Of a stretch of DNA of 64,000 nucleotides, positions 13,213 to 27,330 are shown in pieces; within the stretch, counting starts at the first letter, position 1; each line of letters opens with the position of its first letter. A model generated the notes under the pieces. The model made no database searches, was not told where the DNA came from, and worked only from the letters and a program-made list of their open reading frames with translations. This DNA comes from the human T2T-CHM13v2.0 reference genome, Homo sapiens. Where the stretch lies: NCBI RefSeq assembly GCF_009914755.1, contig NC_060931.1. The stretch is one strand, 5' to 3'. The position numbers and the translations under genes are program-made.

Positions 13213-15035
13213 TCAAATGAACACTTTCAAACAGCATTCCGATTCACAAAGCAACATTGCTATACTATTGTATCTTCACTACCTACACTTAATCTAAGAA
13301 TTTGTAAAAGAACTCTTTAAGGTTAGTTATGAAGCTCTGTGAGGTACTGCAGCAGTGTGACTAAGTAAGTAGTGCCTGCACCTACCTGAGAAGGCAGAGC
13401 CTGGGACTGACTGCAACTCAAACCCAGACACGAAAGCAAGAAAGAGAGGAGCAACACAGGCTCCCTATCTTGAAAGACAGGCTGACCAGAGGAGAAGGGC
13501 TGAAGGGAGCCACAAAGCCAAGGGGAAGAGATTAAAACACACTTATTTGAAAAATAAAACTACATTGTCAAGTTAAGTTTTAGACAAAGACACTGTAATA
13601 CAAATACCAGTTTCATTTCTCCCATGCTCACCATACTTTTAAGAGTGAAAGGCTTGCTAGAATCTGTGGCTGATATACACATGCATGCATGTGCTTCTTT
13701 TTTTTTTTTTTAACTTAAATACATATTCCCCTCCTTCTTGGCCGGGCTAGGCCTCCATAGTCCCCACACAAAGGCAGCAAATCTATGCCCTGTCCAGGGA
13801 AACACTGTGCAGACCTCCAGGAAGAGATAAGCTGACCCACTCAGACTCACAGACATCTAGAGCCAAACTCAGGGAATTCCTCCCAAGGTAGTGTTAACAT
13901 TCACCTTGGACCCAGGCCCTCTCCTGCTTCCACCTTTCCCCAGTCCAACGCTCCGGGTTCCTGAGCTGCTGGGTGTGTGCTCTTCCTTAAAAATAGCTCT
14001 CCCACCCCCACTTACTCCTAGTAACTCACACCCATTGTCACTGAAAATAAACCTTTATTAAAAAAAAAAAAGTGATTCACTGTAAAAACTGAAGAGAGTT
14101 TTAACAGATTTTATACTTAGAAGCATGACTGATGAGTCAAGGTTTTCCCAAGTTTCAAGAAGCAAAATGAAGGGGTCCAAAACTTGGAGGTTTGACTCCA
14201 TGTCTATGAGACTAAATACGACAGCAAAATGTGCCAGGACATGTTCTTCAAATGTGACGGGTCCACACTGGTCATGCTGGGAGCCTGCCTAGAGCCAACA
14301 CTGCTGAGGATTGGTGTGTACACCCACAAGCCTCAGAATGGCTTCCAGTTATTTCACCCTAGTGCTGAGGGTAGCAGTCTCTAAAGGCAATTCCAATGGG
14401 GCCTTCTCTCAGCGGACAGGTTCTGATCGACCACCTAAGAATGCACAGAGCGTCCCCCCGCTGAAGTCGGCTGCATCCCCCGAGGTCGGCAACACCGCCA
14501 TCCCAACTGGGTGGAAATGGATGATTATTAGATGTGTGTAATGTTGAATTCAGGTGGTTTTGATTTTCTTCCCTACCCATTTCTCTATTTTCCAAATTTT
14601 CTTCAACAAGCAACTAGTAGAATATAAGCACAACAAACATGTTTTTAAAGTTATAGTACATTGCTTCCCTTGTTTTGATTTTGTCCCTGCTGCCTTCAAG
14701 AATATAAGACTCTGTTTATGAAGAAAAAAATCCAGTAAGAGTAAAAAAAACGATGAGCATAGCATTCATAGAAGCTCTGTGGTCTACCAGGGAAGGACCC
14801 GAGGCTGTAATTCTACAGTTTACCACCAGATCTAGAATCTAGAAAACTTCCCAGAGGACTATTTTACTGAAATGTCAATGACTCACCGTACTTTGTGACT
14901 GTCATAAGATTGAGTAGGGAGGGAGTGGGGGGCATGGAAAGAGGAAGGAATCAGTTTGATCTTGTATCACTGTCACTGTAGTATCGTGATATACAACAAT
15001 GCTGAAAATTCAACAGGTGAGGGATATACTAATGA

Positions 15036-15354
<319 letters not shown>

Positions 15355-18300
15355 TCATTTATCACACTTTACACATTTTGTAAAGTCCATATAAAAATTG
15401 ATTATATTTTAAGTTTACCACTTAGTACTTAATATGAAAGGGTGTAGGTATTATTATTTGTAATGTAAATATTGAAAGTTGATTTGGTAAGTTTGAAAGT
15501 TTAAGTTGAATGTTTATTCAGCAATGTTGGCACCTTCATTGCTGCACATAGCTCAGCCATCTTGACAGTTAAAAGCCACCCTCTGTAGAGCCAAACATTC
15601 TCTCTCATTTAACCATTTTCAAAGGAAATTATGCACCCTTCTTAAAACAACAAAAAATCAAGTGGGGTCATCTTTTGCACTCGTTTGAAAGCCTGACATA
15701 TACTAGTTTATGTTTACTGATTTTAAACTTTAAAACAAACCCAAATCAATCAGATTCAAATCCGGGTGAGGGTGGATGGCCATGAAATATGGGGGTGGCT
15801 CTTCTTTCTCTTCCACACCTTTCAGCTATCACTGCCAATGCAAACACGCATGCCCCCTGCAGACTTCTTACTTAACACACGTCATCTGCTCTTGGCAATC
15901 ACAGAAATAAACTTACTAGAACAGGGTGTGAATTCAGCATTCATAAAGTCGTACCCATCTCCTCAGGGCATCGCACATGCACCAGTTTATGCGGCTGTTT
16001 TGAGGGATACTGACAACTATGTCAGAGTTGGAAGGTATTTTCACTTCTTTATTTCATGGCTTTTGGCTGTGTTCTGCATGATGAAATTCTCTCCACCAGG
16101 TAAGTGGGTGTCAACTGTATCTGGTTTTCTCTATGTGGGTGCAACTATGAATTATGACAAAGTACAAAACCACGTTTTTCACTCAAAATGTGTGAATTTA
16201 TTCCACATTTAATATATGCCTCATATATCCCCGAAGTAACAGTCACAATCTTTTATATGAGTGTTTATAATGAAGTTGCAGTGATTACGTGTATGGAGTG
16301 AAGACCAACCAGTTAATCCCATAAAATCAAAAGCGTGTACCCAACAAGTATAAAATTATCTTCCTCAAGGAAAACCTACAATGCTATCAAGGACATTTAA
16401 AAGACACTGCCATCTTCTCATTTTCAAGAAATTATTCTTTCAGGGTTTAAATTTTCTCTCTCTCACCCTCTCTCCCTCTTTCAGAATAAAGGATAAAATG
16501 ACCTAGCACTGCAACAATAAATTTGAGAGGAAAATATAAAACACAATTACTGGGACACTAAGTAGTCATTTCTCACTGTTGAGTCCACAGAATTCTATGA
16601 ATTTAAAAGTTAATTCTGACTGAAAATATGTGATGCATCTCCTAACACTGCACCAAATTCTTAATGCTTATTTATGTCCCAAGAAAATTTATGAATTCTG
16701 CATTCGAGAATTATGTTTAAATAAAGAACAGAAAATTAATGGATATGATCTGATTTGACCAAAGACCTCTGATTTTGGTTTAAGTGTCTCACTGTTTCTA
16801 CGTTTCCCCTCTTGATTAAATTTAAAATAACTTCTCCTGGATTGCAGAAGTCTGTGTGGACAATTATACCTTGTGTTGGTTATTAGTAGAAATCACACCT
16901 CTTAAGCCACTTTCTGGGAAAATACAATGGAACACCCCTCTTCCAATTCAAGACGTGCTCGACTATAGCTTAACAGGATAAATGAAGAATGAAAAGCAGT
17001 ATGGGCATGTCCTGTAACATACGTGGCATCTCATGGCATTAATCCTAACACATTTCTTGAAAAATGCTCCTGAATCCTCAAACGTTGAGTACTTGCCTTG
17101 CTGGTGTCTTGGTTTGTCGTTTCTATGTGGCTCAGCGGCATATTCCATCATCGGCCCAAAAAGCTGTCCAAGAAAACCCACATGACGAGAACAGGCCCTT
17201 GTCGCCAGAGCCGCCATAATTACCCAGCTCGCAGTTTATTATTTACACATGAGCAGTGCAGCTGTGACGCATCATAACTCAAGCGTATATGTAATAAGTT
17301 ACTGCACCGCAGCCATCTCCTGCCCTGCCCCTTGACAAAACACCACATGATGACTTCTCCAAAGTCAGGCGAAAACTGCTGAAGCAGAAGGAAGTGCCAC
17401 GAAACCTGGCTACCTCCTATTTATCATACAATTTCCTGACTGATGGCTCCACAAACCAGCTGCTAAGTGCTGTGTACTCTACTGTCAGCAAACTAACGGG
17501 CTAAATGGAAGACAGGGAGAATAATGTGCAGAACTGGTGGAATCAATTTTACTGAGGGAATTAAAATTCTACCAGGTGGGGGCGGGTCTGTGGAGCAGTG
17601 GTAAGCAGTCAACTGTACATGCTTATGGTTGCAAAGATGATTTATTACAGACCTGCGAGAGGTTTGACTATTGTACCCGAGTCCTCTTACACTAAACAGA
17701 GATTTGAAGAGTGTGCACTCTCCCAGGCTTGAGTGGAATGGTCTTTAAACCCTATAAATATGTAACTGGCTTGACACATGTTTAAACTGAAATGCATAGC
17801 AAAAATATTTGTGCTGGGTAGAGTTGTCAGTATTCCATTTCACACTGGCTGTCATCACGTTGAGCATTAAGGGTCTCATTAGGAACGAGAGGCATTGATT
17901 TTTAGGTCTCTTCACAACAGCCTGGGTTGATCATAAAACCTGTAGCCAGAGAATAACCGAGAAAGACACTTGGAGATTTATCTCTAGTTGCATCCTTCTC
18001 CCAAGAAATAGTTATAGTATCCTCAGGCTATAAGATCTCTTGGATGCCATCCTGGGAAACTGTCTTTTAAGGTTTGAAATTTACATACAAAAATTGCAGA
18101 TTAAAAAAGAGAGATCAAAGTCTCTCAGTTAGTGCCCTGAAGGAGTAATTCACCAAATGATACTTGAATGGTCTGAAAGTGCCCGGGAAACAGTGCAAGA
18201 GTAAACTGCTAAGTGCAGAAGTCCTCATGGGTGATTTAAATACTGAAGTCGTCTGTACCCTGGCCTTGGAATTTACTCAGTCAGCTTGGAATCATCTCAA

Positions 18301-19164
18301 TCAGCTAGGGACGATTTTCTGTCATTAGAGTTAGTCCAGCCTGTAGGAATGGCCAGTCCCCTCAAACTCATTCAATCATCTGCCATCAGCAGAAATATCA
18401 TTAAACAGCATCCGCTATGCTACAACCAAAATCACCATCCAGCTTCTATAAAATGAAAGGTCTCAAGCAGGAGAGGGAGAGAAGAGGAGAGACAGAATGA
18501 GAGATCCAACTGCCAAGGAACTCACTCTAGTGAGATAGTAGAGAGGCAGCCCAGGCCTCATCACTGTCTCTTCCCACCATGGAGCTTCTCCAGTCATCAT
18601 CCTCGTGCCTGCAAGTCGTTTTTCCAGGGCTCAGTGCACTGTGGGAGGCCATTTGGACTGACTCCAAGATGCAGACTGACTTACTAACTCAGACAACCTT
18701 GCAATTCCTGCCTATGGATGACACGGCACCAGAAATGAGCTGATCCGCCCTCTGAGGACACCCCAGGTAACCTGACAAGGAGAGTCTAGAGCAACGTGTT
18801 TTGAGCAAGGCAGTCTGTGGCCCACCATGATCTACCGTGAGCGGAATCTAAGAAGTGCTACCCCCACAGGGCCCCGCTGAGGACTTGCTGGGCAGAATCC
18901 CCACAGCATCACCTCATGGAGCACTAGGAATCTTTTTTCTGGTCTCACAAGCATATTATGTGGGGTTAGAAACTCCTCCGGAATCATCAGAATGAGACAT
19001 CGTATTTATATGATCTTCTATAGGGTAATGCAAGTTTAAAGAAGCTGTGGTTCTAGCATACTCTAGAAATCCTGTAAAAATGCCCTGAAACTTTTTTTTT
19101 AAATTATCTATTATTTTGTCACTTTACACAATGGCAGGAGCCTTAACTTGAAGAGTATATGCTA

Positions 19165-19950
19165 TAGGAGGAAACTGCAAACTATCACATGTGGGCCGGT
19201 TTTTGTAAATAAAGTTATGTTTTAATTTTTTAATTTTTTATAGGTACATAGTAGATGTACATATTTATGGGTCACATGAGATATTTTGACACAGGCATGC
19301 AACACATAACAAGCATATCAGGGCAAATGGGGTATCCATCACCTCAAGCATTTATTATGTGTGCTATAAACAATCCAATTGTACTCTCTTCATTATTTTA
19401 AAATGTACAATTACATTGCTTTTGACTATAGTCACCATGCTGTGCTAACAAACATTGGGTCTCATTCAATCTTTCTATTTTTTTGTACCCATTAACCATT
19501 CCCACTCCCTGCTCAACCCCCACTATCCTTCCTAGCCTCTGGTAACCATCCATCTATTCTCTATCCCTCTGAGTTCAATCATTTTAATGTTTAGGTCCCA
19601 CAAATAAGTGAGATCAAGTTCTTTCTGCACCTGGCTTATTTCACTTAACATCATGACCTACAGTTCCATCCATGTTGTTGCAAATGACAGGATTTCATTC
19701 TTCTTTACATCTGAATAGTACTCCACTGTGTATATGTACCACATTTTCTTTACCCATTCATCTGTTGATGGACACTTAGGTTGCTTTGTAAATAAAGTTT
19801 TATTGGAATACTGCCATACTTATTTGTTTACATATTGCCTATGGCTGCTTTCCCACGCCAACAACAGAGCTGACCAGCTGAGACAGGAAACACATGGCCT
19901 AACACATTTGTTATCTTATCCTTTATGGAAAAAGGTTGACAAACCCTATT
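19165..19950. mobile_element. MER58-family DNA transposon split by an L1MA insertion
   Basis: gcaaacta...ggccggtttttgtaaataaagtt on the left continues as tttgtaaataaagttttattggaa...catattgcctatggctgcttt...gaaaaaggttgacaaaccc on the right. Confidence 0.75.
19217..19784 (-). mobile_element. L1MA-family LINE-1 3' end (5'-truncated)
   Basis: L1MA 3' UTR text (ggggtatccatcacctcaagcatt, ccatgttgttgcaaatgacaggatttcattc, gatggacacttaggttg); 15-bp TSD TTTGTAAATAAAGTT at 19202-19216 and 19785-19799. Confidence 0.9.
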
Positions 19951-21209
19951 CCAGTGTACCATGATAAAGTAATTTGCAGAAATTATTACATTTCAGAAAA
20001 AAAAATATCAATTTTTTATTTATTGTGTTGTCTAAGCGATAACACTAAGTACATCAAGTATTTTCAATGCACTTTCTTCATATGCTAACTTGTGTGACTG
20101 ACTTAATATAGTAAAAGTGTTCATATTAATCATTAATCAATAGACATCTCATCTAATTTTAGCAAAACCCGTAACAAGTAGACAAATTTCAAGATAATGG
20201 ATGAAATTAACCATAAATCTAGCAATAATAGCAGTAGCTAAGCATTTGAAAATTGAAGTTACCTTATAAATTAAGTAAAACAAATACAAATTTACATAAA
20301 ATGCTAATTAACAATAAAAAGTAAGCTATTTCTAAAACCCAATAAGCTTTTACTTCTGGCAACTACCTGACAGTCTTGACTCCTGGTCTATAAACTTCCA
20401 CGGACATTCTCCACTACTCAAATAACAAGCTTTTTATCATTTCTTTTGTGTAAGCATGCAGACTATTAAATTAATTAGTATTTTAGACCTAAATGCTACC
20501 CATCACTACACTCTGGCCACACCCACAATTCATCCTTTTTTTTAAACAGTCAGATAGATCCCTTCTGTGCTCCTCAACAAACATGGTCATGTGTTTCCCA
20601 CAAGAAAATGCCAAATGTTCCTCTGCAAGTGAACTGACAAAAGAAACCTCTCCCTTTACTGCTTCAGGTATGTCCTCAGTCATGAACCAACAACTGATCT
20701 CGCCCCTTTCTGGAAACTTCTAACTTCTTCTGTCCGTAAGTCTGCATGTTTCTCCCTTCAAGATCACATCCAGTGGATGCCCAGTGGTGGAAAGAAAACC
20801 ACATCTACCTACTGGCTGACCAGCCATATCCTTCCAAACAGAGACTCTGGAATGTGTCTTGCCTGTGATTCCACATATATGCATCCAACATTTTTGTTGT
20901 TTTCAGCTTTCCTGCCAGGATAAGAGAGAAGAAATAACCAGAGGGAAAGGCAGCAAAGAGAAATAAGGAAAGGTTTACATCCATTCTAGCTGAACTGCAG
21001 AACTCTCTCAGGGAAATCACATGTAAACATATAAGGAATCACTTAAAAGTGACAAATCTGTTTACTTTGAAATATGCTAATGGTGTATTTTCAGTGACAA
21101 TAAATAAGCTTGGAAATTAAAAATGGAAATTAGTTACCAGTGACAAATTTTTAAATCAATGACTGTATTTTTGTATCACAAAATTCAAAAGTCACAGTTA
21201 TAGCTCTAA

Positions 21210-21469
<260 letters not shown>

Positions 21470-22464
21470 TGAAAGCAGAAGAGGAAATGTTTCCATAAAA
21501 ACTGTTTGGTTATCTCAGATCTAACTACGGAGACCCTGGAGTCAATAGGATCAGAAGTTTAAACTAAGCCTGGTTTAGTTAGGAAACCAACAACTGATCC
21601 ACAAAGGGGAGGTTTGGAAGTTGTATTCTATTCAAAATTAACCTGCTGCAAAAAGAGCTTTCAGTGTTGCAAAACTAGCAGAAGCAGGTAGGGAAATGTG
21701 AAAGCAAAATAAGATAGTATATTTCATAATAGTATATATCTTCTTAAGGAATCCTCTTGACATAAAATAAGCATTCCCAAAACGTTATTATTATTCTCCT
21801 AAGTCTTGTTTCTTCTTAAGTTCTATTATCAAGACAATCCTGAGAACTAAGAAGGGAAAATTTTATTATCCACTCAAAAAAGCTAAATGATCTACCCAGT
21901 GTTGCATAAAACTATGGCCTTATGATGCAAGTTTGGTGCTCTTTCTATTCCAATACCAGAGCACACAGGACTTGGCACTTCAAACATGATCCCTGCCAGG
22001 GCAGGGAAACCCAGGTACCTTCATGAACTGTCAATCCTGCTTTGGAGGCGGCAACCCTGAGGAGCTCTCAGGCAGCACAAATGCAAGCCTGCCAGAGATT
22101 GTCGGGGCTCAGGCTCAGCATATCAAGAGGTTTACCCTTGTCTTCACAGTTGCACAAGAGAGAATGCTGCCATCAATCATAAAGAATCACTTCCAGAAAT
22201 ATTTGGAAGTCTCTGGAAGACCAGCAGTATTTCAAGAGTGTGCTGGTTGGCAACTTTGTAGCAATTAAGAAATGAATGAGGCACATTCATTTTGCTCAAA
22301 ACCAGGCAAGAAGCTCTGAAGGATTATTGACTCTGCTTCTTTTATCTGGACCATCCACTCCATCTGCAGTTCCTGTCAATCAACAACTAAAGGTCTTCCA
22401 AGGTTTGCCCCATAAATAGTAATTAATAAAAAATAATAAAACAATCTTGATGAGCACAAGTGCA

Positions 22465-22670
22465 AGTCACTGAATACTTTAATGCAGGTCAAGCAATGTG
22501 CAATGCCTTTTAGATTCACCTCATTTATTTCTTCCTGGGGCCTGACCCTGAGAAGCAGGTACTATTCATACGCCCATTCTTATGGATGGGGAAACTGACC
22601 TTCTCCAGTGTTACAGGGGGAGACGGTAGTAGAGCTGTGTGTCTTTCTTACTTCAGAACCAGGGCTCTTA
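22465..22670 (-). mobile_element. MIR SINE
   Basis: cacctcatttatt...gcaggtactatt...cccattcttatggatggggaaactga core. Confidence 0.6.
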
Positions 22671-25600
22671 GACATTCCACTTCCTGACACAACAATGTCA
22701 GAGTTAAGGCTTTTTATCATAGCTTATCTAAACTATACTCCCCACACCAGCATCCCTAAAACCAAGTCTGAACCATATCCCTCCCTTCTCCCAAAATGTA
22801 TAGTAGCCCAAGATAGCCTCCCCACTCCAGCCCAAGCTCTTCACCATGAGTTTGAGGCCCCAGCCACCAAGCTCTGTCCAGGACACCTCCCCATCCGAGA
22901 GTCAGTGCCCCCTCAGGCACCATGCACTTCATGGCTTATGGTGTCCCCTCAGTTGAGGACAAATTCCCTCTTACCCAAGTCTTACCCCCTCTTCAAGACT
23001 CAATACAAACACCACCCCCTCCATCAGGCTTCCCAGGGGGCTCCATGGGATCGAGTGCTCCTTCCTCCCTTCTCCATAATTCAGGTTGGCCAGAACCAGT
23101 AGGGACGACCCGAGGAATTCTACTTGGACCCGCATCATGTCCTCCCCACTGCCTTGCCCTCTGACGGCCCTGTGCTCATCCTCAGTGCGCTTCCTCAGAC
23201 AAGCACACATTTACTGAATACAGAGCTTATACCAACACAGCCATGGGGGTGAGCACACCACACTGCCTTTCCTGCTGGGCAGTATGGGGATGAGTCCCTG
23301 CCAGGGTGCACACACCCACAGGTCAGAATTGTCTTCTTTCCCTCCCAGGAGGTCTGGGGTGTGAGGGCAGAAGAGGCCCACTTATCCGTGTATACCCAGC
23401 AGGAACTCAATAAATGTATGTTCTAGGAAAGGTGAAAAGGGGGAGGAAAGACATGAAAGGAAACTGAGGCCACGCAATGACAGTGGTGGACCAGGCTAGC
23501 CATCCCTCCTGGAAACTGCAGGACACTTCCATCTACCTAAGGGGCCTCCAACAACAGGCAAAATGAGGGGAACCCACAGGTATGGGCTGTCTCCTCTTTG
23601 GAATCCTCCCTGTGCAGTTTTCTGCATGCTTCCCATGTTCAGAGTGAGCCCAGGGCCAAGGCCCAGCAGATGCATGCACACCCTGGACCAAATCCTAGCA
23701 CTCTGAAAGGCAGCTTCCAGCCTGACCAGGCTGCCTGCCTTCTGCTGGGCAGTGAGTAACTTCAGTGAGTAAACTCACCACCCTACCCCATGCCACCACC
23801 TCTAAGACAGGGCAGACACTGATGGGCGCTCAGCAATCACAATCCTGGTTGGGACCTTTTGACTGAGAATGCCCTTTCCCATCAGAGAAACACTGATGGC
23901 TCCAGTGAATTCAGGATACTTGATCAGGCTGCTAACACCCATATGGAAAAAGCTCTTAGACACAAAAGGTTGGAGGTCAAAAGTTTAAAAGCTCATGACA
24001 GAAATGACAGGGGCCCCTTTGCCCCCACCACCACCTACTTTTTTTTTTTTTTCATCAATAACATCAAAGGCTCTGGCATGTACTTAATGCTATTATTGTT
24101 ACGCTTTGGAATCCATTGAAATTCCAGCATGTTTACTGCACACTGGGAGCATTAAAAGGCTCCACTTTCTTGTGTCCCTTAAACTCTGAACCCTCACTGT
24201 CTAAGAAGCATCATTGTTTGCAGAAACACATAAAGCTTTAAAGCAAAGAGTTTGTTTTAAGGGTTTCTTTCACCATGACTGTAAAACAATAAAGCACACG
24301 ACATGGCTTCCTTGAAAGGATGAGCAAGGAAATGATAGAAAAGGGAGAGAATCCCCCGCTGCTTAGAAAGAAAAAAATCCACTTCACATTTCTTGGCTCA
24401 TGGGAGTACAAGTAGAAAACATTCCCCATTTTTCTTCTATTTCTCCTTTCTCTGCAACCCTATGTTAGCCACAAGCTGCACATTTTACACACACCTCAAA
24501 GACATTGGCTATGTGAGCATCTATCAAATGGTATCATCTGAAGGAGTCCGAAATACCTTTCTTCTTTAGAATGCCTTCTCAAGTCCACCGTCCACTTTGC
24601 AGCTACCTCATACTCATTGCTGGATGTGCAGATAAAAAGCCCCACAGCTGCCTGCAGGCTGGTTCAGAACTACTCCAAGCTCCACTCTCTGAAGTTCCCA
24701 CTAGTGGCTTCCTCTCTTGTTGGCTACCCTTCCCTTCCTCGCAATCTCATCTGGCTTCCTATTTTGATTCTTAGCTTAATTCCAGTTGGAATGCTGAATG
24801 AATTTCAGACTATCTCTGACCGTCCACCCCTTAGAGCACCTGCTCCTATGGTAATGCCTTGGATGTCTAACCTATGCTATAGGCAAGAGGCATCCTGCCT
24901 GGGCCTGCAAGCCCACCATGCCCATAAAAGGCAGAGGCCACTCATTGCCCACTCTTCCCCTCCATGATTCCTGCAGTCCAGACAAGCTAATGTGCTCAGA
25001 CACATCCCAGAGGAATTCAGTTTGCCAGCGTTCTGTTTTAGGACTGGGGAGGATGATAGGCTTGGGGGTGTCAACAAACCTATTCAGCTGGGCTCTGATG
25101 GGGACTCTCCTCTCTGGGGAGGCAGTGGTCCTGAGGCTCCTTTCACTGAGCCTAGGCCACTGGCTGTCTGCTGCCTGTGCTTCCCTGAGGCCTCAAGCTC
25201 TCTTGCGCACTTCCGCTTCTGCAGCCTCAGTGGTGATCTCACTGGCCCTTCATCTGGACTCAGCAGCTGCTTACCTTGTCTAACAAGACTCAGGCTCTAA
25301 TGTGATCTCCATCTGAGTCCTCTCCTCCCTCTCTACAAAGTAACCCCTGGCTTCTAGACCAGTCTTCATAAACTATACTTGGTAGGTATCTGATGTCAAT
25401 GATGTCCATGTGCTCCAAGTGCCCCTAAGGACAGAGAACATGGTCTGCTTCTGGAGTCTGCATCTATACCTTGTACGCCTAGGTCCACACCTACAGCCCT
25501 AGGGACTATAGCCTCAACACATGGATGCGTAATAGTGGACACACTCACACAAAGATGACCCCAATCTGCACTTCCTCAATGAGTTTCCACTAATCAGAGG

Positions 25601-26177
25601 GTGTGGCCTACACTCATTTTGAGAGTGCAAGACTGCTTCTCATGCTTCTTTGCTGTTTCCAACTGTTACTAATGACTTGAAGCATGATAATACGGGATTT
25701 AAACAAAACATTTGAAACAAAGCATGGATTTAATAACTGACACTAGGCAACAGACCAAATTGATGGCAACCTACTGGTCATCTTGACACCAATATATACT
25801 TGTACAGAATTTATCACCCTCAATATGAATCCTTAGAAAAGCCATCCTTTCTACTGAGTTTTACCTTCTCCAAAATCGGGAAAAGGCCAAATACTCAGCA
25901 CACTGAATGATGCATGCTGCAACCCTTGGCTGGGTACACCCTTCCCATGGGAATTTATCTGCTCTCCATTTTGCCCAAGGCAGCTGAAAAGGCTCCCCCA
26001 TTTAAAGACGTATTTTCTAGATTTCTATAAAAACAAATTACAATAATCACTACAGCCATAATATAAATTTTCTTTCATCCGTAAAATAAGGCTAGTAAGA
26101 CTTAACTCTGTTGACTCCACAAAGTTGTACAAGGCCCCAGGTGACATAAGTGAAGGTGGTTCATAAATTCTGAATAA

Positions 26178-26781
26178 CAGTCATGCATCTCTTAACAATG
26201 GGATGCATTCTAAGAAATATGTCTTTAGATGATTGTGTCATTGTGTGAACATCATGGAGTGCACTTACACACACCTAGATGGTGGAGCCTACTACACGCC
26301 CATGCTGTATGGTATAGCCTATTACTCGTAGGCTATAACGGTACGGTAGCATGTCCCCATACTGAATCCTGTAGGCAACCGTAACACAATGATAAATATT
26401 GGTGTATCTAAGCATATCTAAACATAGAAAAGGTACAGCAAAAATACAGTATTAAAATATTTTTAAAATGCTACACCTATATAGAGCACTTACCATTAAT
26501 GGAGCTTGTAGGACTGGAAATTGCTCTGGGTGAGTCAGTGAGTGAGTGGTGAATGAATGTGAAGACCTAGGACATCCCTGTACAGTACTGTTGACTTTAT
26601 AAACACTGTACACTTAGGCTGCACTAAATTTATGAAAAGTAAAGTGACTGTACTATGACGTTATGATAGCCACAATGTCACTAGGTGATAGGAATTCTTC
26701 AGCTCCATTATAATCTTATGGGACCACTGTCTTACATGTGGTCAGTCCTTGACCTGAATATCCTTAGGCAGCACATGACTG
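26178..26781. mobile_element. Tigger3-family (Tigger3c-like) TcMar DNA transposon, about 604 bp
   Basis: Terminal inverted repeats CAGTCATG...CATGACTG followed by TA; internal motifs acacctagatggt..agcctactacac, gctctgggtgagtcagtgagtgagtgg, ttataatcttatgggaccac. Confidence 0.88.
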
Positions 26782-27104
26782 TACCCATGTTTAAGAAGTC
26801 ACCGTTCCTTCTAAGTCCTTCTTCCTCAACATAAACACCCAAGTTACCATGAGAGTCAACAACTTTATGTGGGTGTCTTCAGCTTTGCAAGTAATCTGAA
26901 GGTTCAGGTCATGCTTCTCTCTTGCCCTCAAGCATTCTCTGATCATAAGACCCAGGAAGAGTCCTCCATATCTCTGTCCCTAAGTAAGGTCTGTGGCAAG
27001 GACCTCACTCTGTCTCCTGAACTTCACACTAGACAGACACTGTCCTCAGCTTAACCTTCAGGGAAAAGAAAAAAAGTTACAGCTACAAATACGCTCAAAA
27101 AAGA

Positions 27105-27330
27105 ACTATCATTTACTGAGCACTCACAGGTACTAAGGACTGCCCTAAACACTCTTCATATATTTTCTTGCTTATACCACATGACAATCTAAGGAAGTAG
27201 GTATTCATATGCTATTTTGCAAATGAGAAAATAGGGATAGAGAAGGTAAGAAGTTAAAGTCGCTCAGTTAGGAACTGACAAAGCTTGGCCTCAAGTCCAG
27301 ATGTGCCTGACTACAGTGCTCTGTAAGCTA
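27105..27330 (-). mobile_element. MIR SINE
   Basis: catttactgagcactc...gtaggtatt...attttgcaaatgagaaaa... Confidence 0.6.
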
